This document shows positions 39,253-52,858 of a stretch of 64,000 nt of DNA, piece after piece. Every line of letters begins with the position of its first letter. Positions within the stretch are counted from its first letter, which is position 1. Made by a program: the position numbers and the translations under genes. Source of the DNA: a bacterium (GTDB taxonomy: Bacteria; Hinthialibacterota; Hinthialibacteria; Hinthialibacterales; Hinthialibacteraceae); contig CAXXMV010000008.1 of the NCBI GenBank assembly GCA_963662285.2, positions 128,001-192,000 on the forward strand, written 5' to 3'. The notes under the pieces are model-generated. The model had not been told where the DNA came from and ran no database searches. It was given only the letters and a program-made list of their open reading frames with translations.

Positions 39253-40307
39253 GATTTGGAGCGCATGAATTCTTAAACACTCTTTGGCTATTGATACCGC
39301 TGGCTCTATTCCTGCGCTGGGCGTGGAAACAACGCCTGCTGGCGTTGGAGCGCTTCGGCAATAAAGAGCTGGTGTCGCGCCTCATGGAAGGCGTCAGCCG
39401 CAAAAAACAGAAGGTGCGTCTATCGCTGCTCTTCTTCGTTTTCGCCCTATCGCTGGTCGCTCTTTCCCGCCCGCTATGGGGACAGAAAGAACAAACCGTC
39501 GTATCGCGCGGACACGATATAATCATAGCCCTGGACGTATCGCGCAGTATGCTGGCTGAAGATATCAAACCAAACCGCCTGGCCAAAGCCAAGCATGAAA
39601 TCGCCGCCTTGTTTGATAAACTGGAAGGCAACCGCATCGGGCTTATTGTCTTCGCTGGAGACGCTTTCGTGCAATGTCCGCTTACCCTGGATTATGCAGC
39701 GGCCAAGATTCTCTTAAGCGAGGTGGACGTCGGATCCGTCCCGGTTCCCGGCACGGCTATTTCCAAAGCCATAAACAAATCAGTCGAATCGTTCCCTCCC
39801 GGAGACCGGGAATCACGGGTGGTCATTCTTATCACCGATGGCGAAGATACAGAGGAAGACGCCAAGGCAGCTGCGGAAGCCGCCGAAAAAGAAGGCGTCA
39901 TGATTTACGCCATCGGCATCGGCGATCCCTTCGGCGTTCCCATTCCCCTTCGGGATGATTCCGGCGCCTTACGCGAATACATTAAAGATAGTGAAGGCAA
40001 CGCCGTCACTAGTAAATTGGATGAAACATCTCTGCGCGCTGTATGCCTCACCACTGGAGGCGCTTATTACCGGGTCCGGGCGGATTCGCTGCAACTGGAC
40101 GATATATACAATCACATGGAGCAACGCCGTCAGGAACGGCTGCTGCATTCTCAGTTCATCACCCAATTCGAAGAGCGTTTTCAATATTTTCTGCTGCCCG
40201 CGCTGGTTCTGCTTATGATCGAAATGATGCTTACAGACCGTAAACGAACCGTGACGCGCAGCGTTGGAGGATTCAGCCATAACGAGATTGAACAGAATAG
40301 GCTCTAG
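39249..40307 (+). CDS. batB: vWA domain protein BatB
   Basis: ALSRPLWG, ALDVSRSMLAEDIKPNRL, PLTLDY, LITDGED, ERFQYFL. Confidence 0.85.
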   Translation: MRFGAHEFLNTLWLLIPLALFLRWAWKQRLLALERFGNKELVSRLMEGVSRKKQKVRLSLLFFVFALSLVALSRPLWGQKEQTVVSRGHDIIIALDVSRSMLAEDIKPNRLAKAKHEIAALFDKLEGNRIGLIVFAGDAFVQCPLTLDYAAAKILLSEVDVGSVPVPGTAISKAINKSVESFPPGDRESRVVILITDGEDTEEDAKAAAEAAEKEGVMIYAIGIGDPFGVPIPLRDDSGALREYIKDSEGNAVTSKLDETSLRAVCLTTGGAYYRVRADSLQLDDIYNHMEQRRQERLLHSQFITQFEERFQYFLLPALVLLMIEMMLTDRKRTVTRSVGGFSHNEIEQNRL

Positions 40308-40378
40308 GTCTATCTGATAAGATACGATTGTTGAGATACAATCCTAAATGTGTTTTGGATTTGATTAGGTGGTTCTTT

Positions 40379-40450
40379 GGCGGGTCGATAAAACTGACCC
40401 ACCCTACGCGTGGGAAACAATGTAGGGCGCGCCCCTCGTGGGCGCCCGGT
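40379..40450. repeat. Two divergent GTAG-type REPs
   Basis: Minus-strand gtagggtgggtcagttttatcgacccgcc (40379-40407) and plus-strand gtagggcgcgcccctcgtgggcgcccggt (40422-40450). Confidence 0.75.
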
Positions 40451-40502
40451 ATCACCAAAAACTAGGTAAAAACGCAATCATACATATTAACAGGATATAA
40501 TC

Positions 40503-41306
40503 ATGAAAAGTATCACCAAAATCTTCCTCCTAGCAATATTGATTGGCTGTCAGGTCGCCTGGATCAATCCCCTGCGCGACCAAGTTAAAAAAGCTAACCA
40601 GGTCTATAGCGAAGAAAAGTATCAGGAAGCGATCCAGTTATATACCGACATCGCCGCCACCTACGCTCCCGAATCCAAAGAACTGCATTTCAATATAGGC
40701 GATTCGTGGTTCAGACAGGAAGATTACGATAAATCTATTGAGGAATATCAAAAAGTGGTCGGCGCCAGTGATGAGAAGTTTGAAGCCCTGGCCCACTATA
40801 ACATCGGCAACGCCCAGTTCCGCAAAGAGGATTATCAAAAAGCCATTGAATCATACATCTACTCTCTGAAACTCAATCCAACAGATGAAGACGCCAAATA
40901 CAATCTCGAAGTCGCCCGGCGCAAACTGAAAGAACAGATAGATAAAAATAAACAGCAGCAAGACCAACAGGATCAACAACAGCAAAACAAGAATGATCAA
41001 AAACAGGATCAACAGAAACAAAACCAACCACAAGACCAACAGCAAGAACAAGAACAAAAACAAGACGAACAACAGGATAAAAACGAAGAACAGCAGCAAC
41101 AACAGCAGCAAGAACAAAAAGATCAGGATCAAAAGCAGCAACAGGAACAACAGCAACCCAGCGATGAACAACCGCGTCAGGAAATGACCAAGGAACAGGC
41201 CATGCAGTTGCTCAATAACCTGGAAGACGACGAAAAAGAGAAGCGCAAGGAATTCAAGCGACGTCCTCCGGTCAATGGCGGGCGCCGGACGGATAAAGAC
41301 TGGTAG
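40503..41306 (+). CDS. batC: TPR protein BatC-like with Q-rich linker
   Basis: YNIGNAQF, LKLNPTDEDAKYNLE, Q-rich tract, EQAMQLL, terminal KDW. Confidence 0.85.
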   Translation: MKSITKIFLLAILIGCQVAWINPLRDQVKKANQVYSEEKYQEAIQLYTDIAATYAPESKELHFNIGDSWFRQEDYDKSIEEYQKVVGASDEKFEALAHYNIGNAQFRKEDYQKAIESYIYSLKLNPTDEDAKYNLEVARRKLKEQIDKNKQQQDQQDQQQQNKNDQKQDQQKQNQPQDQQQEQEQKQDEQQDKNEEQQQQQQQEQKDQDQKQQQEQQQPSDEQPRQEMTKEQAMQLLNNLEDDEKEKRKEFKRRPPVNGGRRTDKDW

Positions 41307-41318
41307 GAGAGAAGAAAG

Positions 41319-43184
41319 TTGAACAGCGGTTATTCATACATCCAGTTTTTCCCTCATACGATACGCAACGCTGTCGTTGCTTGCGCTATCCTTATGCTTT
41401 GCGCTTTGCACGCTTCCGCTGAGATCAAGGTCGCAATAGAAGTTGAAAAACAAGTCCTCCGCGTTGGCGAACAGACTCGAATGGCGCTATCAGTGGTTAC
41501 TGATGGAGAACGCATCCAGCAAGAACCTTCCACGCCATCCTTGGACGGACTTAATTTCGTTTTCGTGAATTCCAATCAAGGTTCCCGTTTTGAATTCATT
41601 AACGGACGATCAAAAACCAGTTATGAATATACTTTTATTTACGATATTTTCGCTGTCAAAGAAGGTAAATTCACGGTAGACAATATCAGTATTTCTTCTG
41701 ATTCCGGCTCGGTAAAAGCAAAATCTTTCGAGATCACTGTTTTTCCGGGCGCCAAACCGATTCCCACCCGCGCCCCGTCTCTCACTGCGCCTCAAGGAAC
41801 CGACAGCATCAATATCTACCTCCTTTCTGATTCCAGCAAAAAAGAAGTATACCAAGGCGAGGAATTAGTCCTTTCATATGATGCGGTATACCATCAGAAA
41901 TGGCGCAGCTGGTTTGAATCGGCTATCCAAAGAAACCGCGATTACGCCATCTTTCATGAGGAACGCGGCGCCCTGAAGAATTTCTTATCCGAACCGGTCA
42001 ATCTGAAATTCACCACTGGACCAAAACCGGTTCGCATGGCTGGCAACCGCGACCTTTTCTTCCAGAAACCTCTGATCCGCTATGTTCTTTTCCCGTTAAC
42101 TCCAGGCGATTATTCCTTGAGTCCGCTGTCAGTCGAATTCAGAGTGCTGCTCAATCGCATGAACACTACGCCATTCAATGTTCAACCGGATCCATTGAAT
42201 ATAAAAGTCAAACCTCTACCCGATGAGGGTAAGCCCGATATTTTCAAAGGCGCGGTAGGTTCATTCACTATAAAAGCGCAGGCCGAACCTCTCGAATTAT
42301 CTGAAGGCGAGACGGTTACCCTGAAAATATCTTTGGATGGATTAGGCAATATAAAAAATGCTCCCAAACCTATTCTGCCCGATCTATCTAATTTCGACCA
42401 ATTCGATCCTACTCACAACGAGAGCATTGTCGTTAATGAGAATGGCATGAGAGGCAGCATCGAATATTCTCACGTTCTCATACCTCACGACCAAAACGCT
42501 GACCAGATTGATCCCGTCAAATTCGCTTATTTTGATCCCAATCAGGAAAAATATATCGTTATTCAAACAAACCCGATCACCTTGACCATTCATCCCTCCT
42601 CCAGCAAAGATGCATCCAGCGGCCGGATGGCTTTCAACCGCCGCTTGATAACCCGAGTCGGAGAAGATTTTCGTTTTATCGCCACCACTCCGGCGGCCAT
42701 TTCAAACATTGTTTTATCGATTCATAAATCATTGCGCTTCTGGCTTATTGTGCTTTTGCCGGTTCTTCTTCTTGCTTTGGCAATGGCGCTAAAATGGCAG
42801 CGCGATTATCTGACCGCCCGGCCCAACGTCGCCAAAAGCTTAAAAGCTCCCAAACTGGCCAGAAAATTACTTACCGACGCCCGGAAATCTCTGGAGCAGA
42901 ACGATTCCCAGGCGGTTTACGTATATTTAGGCAAAGCCATCACCGATTTTATCTCTAACCGCTGGAGCCTGGCCTGCGTCGGCATGACCAGCCTGGAATT
43001 AAAAGAGGCATTACAAAAAAAAGGCATCCCGGATAACCACATCATTTCCATCACGCAAATGCTGGATGAATTTGACGGCGCCCGCTTTTCCGGAGCGCTG
43101 CAAGACCAGCAGCGCATCCATGACGATTACGCCAAAACTGAAGAATTATTAAGCCAATTAATGAAAATCAAAACAACTATCTAA
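41319..43184 (+). CDS. batD: BatD family protein
   Basis: Signal peptide, FINGR, EVYQGE, VKPLP...FKGAVGSF, GLGNI, FAYFDP, C-terminal TM. Confidence 0.85.
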   Translation: MNSGYSYIQFFPHTIRNAVVACAILMLCALHASAEIKVAIEVEKQVLRVGEQTRMALSVVTDGERIQQEPSTPSLDGLNFVFVNSNQGSRFEFINGRSKTSYEYTFIYDIFAVKEGKFTVDNISISSDSGSVKAKSFEITVFPGAKPIPTRAPSLTAPQGTDSINIYLLSDSSKKEVYQGEELVLSYDAVYHQKWRSWFESAIQRNRDYAIFHEERGALKNFLSEPVNLKFTTGPKPVRMAGNRDLFFQKPLIRYVLFPLTPGDYSLSPLSVEFRVLLNRMNTTPFNVQPDPLNIKVKPLPDEGKPDIFKGAVGSFTIKAQAEPLELSEGETVTLKISLDGLGNIKNAPKPILPDLSNFDQFDPTHNESIVVNENGMRGSIEYSHVLIPHDQNADQIDPVKFAYFDPNQEKYIVIQTNPITLTIHPSSSKDASSGRMAFNRRLITRVGEDFRFIATTPAAISNIVLSIHKSLRFWLIVLLPVLLLALAMALKWQRDYLTARPNVAKSLKAPKLARKLLTDARKSLEQNDSQAVYVYLGKAITDFISNRWSLACVGMTSLELKEALQKKGIPDNHIISITQMLDEFDGARFSGALQDQQRIHDDYAKTEELLSQLMKIKTTI

Positions 43185-43196
43185 AGGAGAACGGCT

Positions 43197-44024
43197 GTGA
43201 AATCAATACTAAAAACATCATCCATAATCGCCGCTTTCCTCATTGTCACTATTAGTATTGCCTTAAGCGCAGAGCAAACAGCGGCGCCGGTTCTGACGCC
43301 CGGCTATTCACCCGAACTTGATATAAACGGCGTATTTGAACAAGCCAACGAATTTTACCGTAACGGCGACCTGACCAAGGCCTTGGCGGGCTACCAATAT
43401 CTTACGGCGCTAGGAATAAAAAACGGCTATCTATTTTATAATCTGGGCAACTCCTATTTCCGTGAAGGCAACCTGGGATCAGCAATATTGTGGTACGAAA
43501 GAGCGCTGCGATACCTTCCCCGCTTCCATGATCTTAACATTAACTATCAATATGCCCGTAATATATTAGCTGACGAGGAATTCCAGGCGCCCGAATACAG
43601 CGGGACGCTAGGCTTTTTAATCAATATCCATCAACAATTCAATCTCCGTGAATGTCTTTTAATCACCGGCATTTTATTATGGATATTCCTTGCTATAATG
43701 ATTATTCGCATGTTTCTAAACAACCAATCCTTCCGCTCACGGCTTTCCATCCCTTGTTGGGTAGTAGGGTTTGCGTTTATAATTTTCTTTTCATCCTCCG
43801 TTTTTAAAGTATATCAACATGAATCAATCAGACAGGCCATTGTCATGGCTCCTGCGGTTGAAGTAAAAACGGGTCCGGGAAATGATTTTTCCACATCTTT
43901 CTCTCTTCACGAAGGAACCAAAGTCAAGTTGCTTCAAGATCAGGGAGATTGGGTGCGGGTTATCTTACCCGGCAATACAACCTTCACTGGTTGGATGCTG
44001 AGATCCACGGTTGAGACAATCTGA
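43197..44024 (+). CDS. batE: BatE-like TPR/TM/SH3 protein
   Basis: FEQANEFY, FYNLGNSYF, AILWYERA, two TMs, LHEGTKV...W...GW. Confidence 0.85.
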   Translation: MKSILKTSSIIAAFLIVTISIALSAEQTAAPVLTPGYSPELDINGVFEQANEFYRNGDLTKALAGYQYLTALGIKNGYLFYNLGNSYFREGNLGSAILWYERALRYLPRFHDLNINYQYARNILADEEFQAPEYSGTLGFLINIHQQFNLRECLLITGILLWIFLAIMIIRMFLNNQSFRSRLSIPCWVVGFAFIIFFSSSVFKVYQHESIRQAIVMAPAVEVKTGPGNDFSTSFSLHEGTKVKLLQDQGDWVRVILPGNTTFTGWMLRSTVETI

Positions 44025-44120
44025 TATTTTTCAGATAAGTATTTAGTTTAATATTACTTATTAATAGAAATCATCCCTATTTAGGGAATAAAATATTTCC
44101 ACATTAGATTCAGATATTGA

Positions 44121-47166
<3,046 letters not shown>

Positions 47167-47220
47167 ATATCATTTATTCCTTAACTTTGGATTAATTTGT
47201 AGTGTCATAAGTAAACTCTA

Positions 47221-47256
47221 AAGGTAAGACCGTAATACGGTCAGTTCTCGGCGCCC
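47221..47256 (-). repeat. Degenerate REP, family B
   Basis: aaggtaagaccgta-a-tacggtcagttctcggcgccc. Confidence 0.55.
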
Positions 47257-47368
47257 GACTGGAGGTATATGGCATTATCTGATTATTCTATTGACAAAGG
47301 AGTACACATCATTGACAATTCTGTAATGCTGAATACAGCATTACACTAAAGCAATGGGGAGAAATACA

Positions 47369-48154
47369 ATGAAAAAAATTTGTATTTTATTTGTTCTAGT
47401 CAGTTTTGCGGTTTTTTTTAATGGATTTACTGCATTTGGTGAATTGATTTTCGAAGACGATTTTATGGGTGAGAATGTTAGTGGGATTGATCCATTGAAT
47501 TGGCAGTGGTGGCTTAATTCTGATATTATTTTTGTCAGTGAAGCGGATGACGTCCCCGAATATGGACCTGGCGTCCTTACTATAGGAAATGGAACCGCAC
47601 ATATCGGTCTGGAAAATGAAGCAACCAAAAATCTTGTGGATTACCGCGTCACGGTCCTTTGGGTAGACAGATTAATCGACGGCGAAACGGATGATGCTGA
47701 TTTTCATATTGGCATTCGTTGCGCTGAATACGATGCGGAAACACAATTCCCTGAAAGTTGTTATGAAATAGAAGTGGATGGCGATGATAACGACTCGGCT
47801 AATGTAGTCCCGGAAGACGGGCCTACGTCATTCCACCTGTTTATTCGTGGAGGGGCCGCTGCGGTTGATAATAATGGAAATGCGTTAGCTCATGCGACCA
47901 GGGATATAGTGCCAAGACCGATTGCCAATGTCTGGTATTGGACATCCATCCAGATTCAAGGATTCGTCTTTCAAGGCAAGCAATGGAGATATAGCGCAGA
48001 GGAGCCGGATTGGCAATTGGAAGGTGAAGATTTAGACAAACAATTCCCCTCTGGCGGCATACGGGTAGGAGTATGGTCGGGAATGGCTGAAATTGCGTAT
48101 GTCAGAGTAGAAACAATTGAGCCTACCAGCGTTTCAGACTGGTCTTTGTATTAG
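47369..48154 (+). CDS. Secreted acidic beta-sandwich (ConA/lectin-like) hypothetical protein
   Basis: Probable start MKKICILF with RBS ggggag; IFEDDF...GGIRVGVW...YVRV; ends TSVSDWSLY. Confidence 0.7.
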   Translation: MKKICILFVLVSFAVFFNGFTAFGELIFEDDFMGENVSGIDPLNWQWWLNSDIIFVSEADDVPEYGPGVLTIGNGTAHIGLENEATKNLVDYRVTVLWVDRLIDGETDDADFHIGIRCAEYDAETQFPESCYEIEVDGDDNDSANVVPEDGPTSFHLFIRGGAAAVDNNGNALAHATRDIVPRPIANVWYWTSIQIQGFVFQGKQWRYSAEEPDWQLEGEDLDKQFPSGGIRVGVWSGMAEIAYVRVETIEPTSVSDWSLY

Positions 48155-48182
48155 AACATTAGATTTATTCAGTATTTGAGCC

Positions 48183-48223
48183 AAAAAGGATGAGACAAAG
48201 CAAATGTTTGTCTCATCCTTTTT
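48183..48223. terminator. Bidirectional terminator between convergent genes
   Basis: aaaaaggatgagacaaa-gcaaatg-tttgtctcatccttttt. Confidence 0.8.
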
Positions 48224-48319
48224 CTATTCGCGTCATTATATCAAACAACCTTGATCCATTATAAAAACAATGTGCATCAATGCGCTTTCAATACACATAT
48301 ACTTTTGCTAACCGCTCTA

Positions 48320-49603
48320 TTAGTCTTTTTTTGATGCGTTCTGTTTTAAGATTGATAAAATCCGGTTGGCCAGCGGTTCTTGAGGATTGATCTTTAGCGC
48401 TGCTTTTAAATGTTTATGCGCTTCATTTACGTTATTTGATTCAAGATAGCATTGCGTCAAAAGAGAATGAATTACAGCTTTGTTCTCATGAAATTCCAGG
48501 CACTGTTTTAAGTATGTAATAGCTGTTTGAAAATCTCCACTGGACATATAAATTTGCGCTAGATAAAACTGCGCTTCGGGATGTGTTTGTTCCAACTCCA
48601 AAGTTCTTTTCATTTCCTCCGCCGCCAAATCACCTCTGCCAATTTCTAAATAGATTAATCCCATCTCGAAATGGGTTTCCGCCGTGTCCGGGTGATGACG
48701 CAGGTAACTGCGGTAAAAGTTGCGTTTAGCTTTCCCCATACGGTTGATAGTATCTAAACTTTGTTTCGCCAGTTTGACTTTATTACGTTCACGCTTAATG
48801 GAGTAGATCTTCACTAATTGAAATAATGCATGCTGATAAAACGGATCATCATCAATAATTTTTTCAAACAATTCTTGCGCATCATCAGTTTTGCGTTGTT
48901 TTATTAATAATTTGCCATACTCATAACGCGCCCGAATGTTTTTGGGATATTTCTCAAGGATTCTTTCATATAACGCAGTGGGCGTCTCTCCTTGCTGATG
49001 TTTGATTAGGGCTTGCAAAACCAAAGAATGTTCATGAGTTGTATTCTTAATTAAATTTGACGCTTGAGCGACATGGCCTTGGGTATGCAGGATAACAGCT
49101 TTGCGGTAGATGGCATCTATATTATCCGGTTCAATTTGTAATATAGTTTCCAGATGTTTTAGTGCAGGTGGATAGCGCTCTAAACGGTGATAGACGTTTA
49201 CTAATTCTTCCAGATATTCAATTGAATCCGGCGCAAGTTTTACTGCTTGGTTTAAGTTCGCAAGAGAACGTTCCGGATCGGATTTCTGACTTCCAAGTAT
49301 TTTACCTAAAAGGTAATATGCTTGATGCGCTGTAGGATTCAGTTGGATTATGTGATCCAGGATGCTGATAGATTGTGGATAATACCTATGTATATAATAA
49401 AACTGCGTCAACGCCATCAGGTGCACAATATTTTCCGGTTCATTTTTAATGGACTGAATAAGAATAGTTTCTTGTTTTTGTAATGCAGAATTTTCTATCG
49501 CAGGTTTAATATCAAAACTAAGGTCAGCGCACCATATTTCCAGTACAGTGCATGTAATGGTTAATAACAAAATGTGAGCAATGTAAATTAATTTCATTTT
49601 CAT
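48320..49603 (-). CDS. Secreted TPR-repeat protein
   Basis: Signal peptide and multiple TPRs (AYYLLGKIL, ARYEYGKLL, AQFYLAQIY). Confidence 0.85.
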   Translation of the reverse strand: MKMKLIYIAHILLLTITCTVLEIWCADLSFDIKPAIENSALQKQETILIQSIKNEPENIVHLMALTQFYYIHRYYPQSISILDHIIQLNPTAHQAYYLLGKILGSQKSDPERSLANLNQAVKLAPDSIEYLEELVNVYHRLERYPPALKHLETILQIEPDNIDAIYRKAVILHTQGHVAQASNLIKNTTHEHSLVLQALIKHQQGETPTALYERILEKYPKNIRARYEYGKLLIKQRKTDDAQELFEKIIDDDPFYQHALFQLVKIYSIKRERNKVKLAKQSLDTINRMGKAKRNFYRSYLRHHPDTAETHFEMGLIYLEIGRGDLAAEEMKRTLELEQTHPEAQFYLAQIYMSSGDFQTAITYLKQCLEFHENKAVIHSLLTQCYLESNNVNEAHKHLKAALKINPQEPLANRILSILKQNASKKD

Positions 49604-51249
49604 TCTTCTGTTATTGTGAGCCTTTGATTGGCTTTGACATTATGCAAGACGTTTTTTTTGCCGGATGTCCATTCTATTACAATTTCATCTACCGTATCTA
49701 ATTTTCCTAATCCTATATGAACATCAAAACTGCTTTGTGAAAGAAAACTGCAACCACTCTTTACGCCTTTCATAACTTTCAAATTCCCGTTTGTGCATTT
49801 GACAACAGTTCCAATAGCTGAACGATTGGAAGTAGTACCTCGCAATTGCAGGTGCAGCCAGTTGTTTTGATTGGCGCCGTCATTGCGCAAAATGGCGGCT
49901 TTCCCGTTCAGGGTATTTAGAACAATATCCAAATCTCCATCTTGGTCGATATCTCCTATAGCGCTGCCGCGCCCGACGCGTGGTAAATTAAAATCTTTAC
50001 CAAGGCTCTTCACTAAAGTGAATTTTCCGTTGTTGTTGACATACATTTGAGGAGATTGCGCGAAGGTTGTATCCAAATCAGGATGATCGGCTTCAGGATA
50101 AACATGCCCGTTGCAAAAAAACAAATCATCATCGCCATCATTATCAAAGTCTATCCAATGGGTTCCCCAACCTAGTGAAGTATATGTTGTATGACCAACT
50201 CCACTGGTGTAGGTTTCATTATCAAACATACCGTCTCCGACTCCATACAATACGGAAAAAGGTTCTTCAGAAAAATTTGTGACAGCTAAATCCCATTGGA
50301 AATCCCCGTTTGCATCACCATAATCGGCGCCCATAGAAGCCATTTCAGTACCGTCTTCGCTATAGGAAATACCGGCAATCAGTCCTGTTTCTTCAAATGT
50401 TCCATCACCATTATTGATATAGAGATAGCTGGGCATTGAATCATTGGACACATAAAGATCAGGGTAACGGTCATTGTTAATATCCGTCCATAAGCAAGTA
50501 AAACTATAAGCAGCAGGCGCATTCATTAAACCGGATGTTTGGGTAACGTTTTCGAATGTTCCATCCCTATTGTTATGGAACAAAGACATGCCTTGCGCCT
50601 TATATGCTCTTGGTCCGGGATATACATTAAATCCACGCCATTCAGCCGATTTTTCCGGTTCTCCAGGTTTTCGTTGAATCGACTCTAAATCCAGATAATC
50701 CGCCACCACCAAATCAACCCAGCCGTCCAAATCGTAATCTCCAAAGGCGACGCCCGTGCTTAATAAATTTGATTGACATCCCGCATCCTCTGTTATATCA
50801 GTGAATGTTCCATCGCCGTTGTTGCGGTAAAATTTGTTGGGGCCATAGTTTGTAACATAAAAATCCACATCGCCGTCATTATCATAATCAGCGGCAGCAC
50901 ATCCCATTCCCCAGCCGTTATCTCCAACGCCAGCGTCTTGAGTTATATCAGCAAAAGTGCCGTCATGGTTGTTGCGATATAGTTGATTGATCGCTTGAGG
51001 CTTGTTTTCAAAATGATTGCCATTCACGAAATAGATATCCAGCCAGCCGTCTCCATCAGCATCAAACAATGCCACGCTACCACCTTTGGCTTCGATGATG
51101 CATTTTTTATCGGTTGGATGCCCGCTGGAGTGAACAAAGTTGATTCCAGCGGATTGGGTAATATCCTTGAAAGTAACAGGAGCGGATGTCATCTGTATGC
51201 AAAGTAGAATATGGATCATTAGAATAACTATTAAAAATTGTTTAGTCAT
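49600..51249 (-). CDS. CRTAC1 / FG-GAP repeat + ASPIC-UnbV protein
   Basis: Repeated DxDxDGxxD motifs, NRSAIG, HIGLG, ANQRLTITE; probable start MTKQF at 51249. Confidence 0.88.
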   Translation of the reverse strand: MTKQFLIVILMIHILLCIQMTSAPVTFKDITQSAGINFVHSSGHPTDKKCIIEAKGGSVALFDADGDGWLDIYFVNGNHFENKPQAINQLYRNNHDGTFADITQDAGVGDNGWGMGCAAADYDNDGDVDFYVTNYGPNKFYRNNGDGTFTDITEDAGCQSNLLSTGVAFGDYDLDGWVDLVVADYLDLESIQRKPGEPEKSAEWRGFNVYPGPRAYKAQGMSLFHNNRDGTFENVTQTSGLMNAPAAYSFTCLWTDINNDRYPDLYVSNDSMPSYLYINNGDGTFEETGLIAGISYSEDGTEMASMGADYGDANGDFQWDLAVTNFSEEPFSVLYGVGDGMFDNETYTSGVGHTTYTSLGWGTHWIDFDNDGDDDLFFCNGHVYPEADHPDLDTTFAQSPQMYVNNNGKFTLVKSLGKDFNLPRVGRGSAIGDIDQDGDLDIVLNTLNGKAAILRNDGANQNNWLHLQLRGTTSNRSAIGTVVKCTNGNLKVMKGVKSGCSFLSQSSFDVHIGLGKLDTVDEIVIEWTSGKKNVLHNVKANQRLTITEE

Positions 51250-51321
51250 AATAAATAGAAAAGTAAGCAACAGTTCAGCCACATGAAGTTATAAAATAAT
51301 AATTATGCTTTATACAAAGCG

Positions 51322-51450
51322 TTTAGGCTCTGATTCTCCCCCCAAGTTTGGGGGGAGTTAGGTGGGGGTTACGCTTCGACTAATCAACCCCCACCTAACC
51401 TCCCCCAGGCTTGGGGGAGGGATACGCGCTTCAATGGGCTAACCTATTAC
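51322..51450. repeat. BoxC-like long palindromic element with conserved flanks
   Basis: ctccccccaagtttggggggagttaggtgggggtt...aacccccacctaacctcccccaggcttgggggag. Confidence 0.8.
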
Positions 51451-51455
51451 AAAAT

Positions 51456-51483
51456 TAATAGGGGTGTAAAAACACCCCTATTA
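51456..51483 (-). terminator. Probable terminator
   Basis: taataggggtgt-aaaa-acacccctatta. Confidence 0.55.
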
Positions 51484-51533
51484 TGAATTGGATATCATCA
51501 ATGATATAGGGTAATCTGTCTTCATAAATCAAA

Positions 51534-52514
51534 CTAAAACAACGCCCATTCGCCTACATTTGTTCCACCGCCTAATGGATTATCGCTGGTAAAACGCATT
51601 TCACGGAAGAACTCAACACTCGATTCATTAGCTTGATGCCATCTTTGAAGATGGAATTGTTCTTCATCCCAATCAACCCAGTTGATATTGAAACCAATTG
51701 GTTCATCTGGTTCGAATGAAGGAAATACACCCCATGGGAGCATAATTTCCTGTACATAAGACGAATGTTGATCCCATGGTTTATCATCTAATTTTACTGC
51801 GCGTTGAATTTGCTCCAGAATAGCGATTTCATCACTATCTTCCGTATCTAATGCAGAGCGGAAAATAGCATAATCAAGCGGTAAACCATTCGCCATTATG
51901 TTTGGAAGATCAAATTCTTCTTTGATAAGCGCTTCATCAATGCTAAAAGCAGTTTGCAAGTCAAATTCTGAGCTTGTATCATCATTGATATTGACTGGTT
52001 CACGGTTATTATCGTTGTCAAACCACATTTCAATACCATCATTGGTAAAACCGGGTTGGTTGGCAGTATCCCGCTCCGGGTAGCTGCTTTCAAACCAACC
52101 AATCTGGCTGTCGGTTACAACATTCAACAGATAAAACCCTTCATCATTCCAACCGATATAAGTAATCGCAGAAAAATCATCTTCACCATCCGCTTCAAAG
52201 TTTGCTTCATTGCTTACTAACACTTTGGCTGGATCAAATTCAAAATGGTCGCCTGTTGTCAGTGCATCTGGATCATAAGCATTATCAGTTGCCTCATTTC
52301 CAAAGCCTTGACCTTCAGGTACATCAAGCATAACAGCAGGATCGCCAAATGCTTCCAAGGGCCAATCCGATGGATCACCGTCAATTGTGATGCTGATGTT
52401 AGCGCCAAATTTACGGCAATTGATAAAACGGTCTTGCGCAAAAACCATTTGAGTAAATAAAGAAACAGCCATGATTCCCGTTACAAAAATGACTAAACGT
52501 TTCGATCTACTCAT
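51534..52514 (-). CDS. Secreted CBM9/DOMON-like sugar-binding protein
   Basis: Signal peptide, ITIDGDPSDW, YIGWNDEGFY, NDGIEMWFD, EIMLPW, IGFNI; RBS ggagg; ends TNVGEWALF. Confidence 0.75.
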   Translation of the reverse strand: MSRSKRLVIFVTGIMAVSLFTQMVFAQDRFINCRKFGANISITIDGDPSDWPLEAFGDPAVMLDVPEGQGFGNEATDNAYDPDALTTGDHFEFDPAKVLVSNEANFEADGEDDFSAITYIGWNDEGFYLLNVVTDSQIGWFESSYPERDTANQPGFTNDGIEMWFDNDNNREPVNINDDTSSEFDLQTAFSIDEALIKEEFDLPNIMANGLPLDYAIFRSALDTEDSDEIAILEQIQRAVKLDDKPWDQHSSYVQEIMLPWGVFPSFEPDEPIGFNINWVDWDEEQFHLQRWHQANESSVEFFREMRFTSDNPLGGGTNVGEWALF

Positions 52515-52858
52515 ATAACCCCTCCTTTTTTATAAAAATGTATTATTAAACTTAATTACACTAACATAAAATTATTGTACATGTCAACCTTTATTTTATT
52601 CTTTCGATAGACCGCTTTAACAGATGCAAATGCTTAAATTCTCCTGATTCATTTGCCTATTAAGGGTTGACTATATTTCGGTCAAACGTTGATTCTACAA
52701 CTTACTGTTTGAAGTATCCCTCAAGCGCTTGATTCTATTCGTAACCCGTTCAAACCTTTGATTCACATACGACTTGCCCTAAAATGTGGAACTTGCAATA
52801 TAATTGTTAAAATATTAATTCTTGTAATGATCCACTATTTTCTTAAGGAGAACGGGTA

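Noticed and set aside
40940-41180. CAA/CAG-rich repeat and hydrophobic antisense ORF 40851-41171
   Set aside because: This is the ordinary Q-rich BatC linker; the antisense ORF is its shadow.
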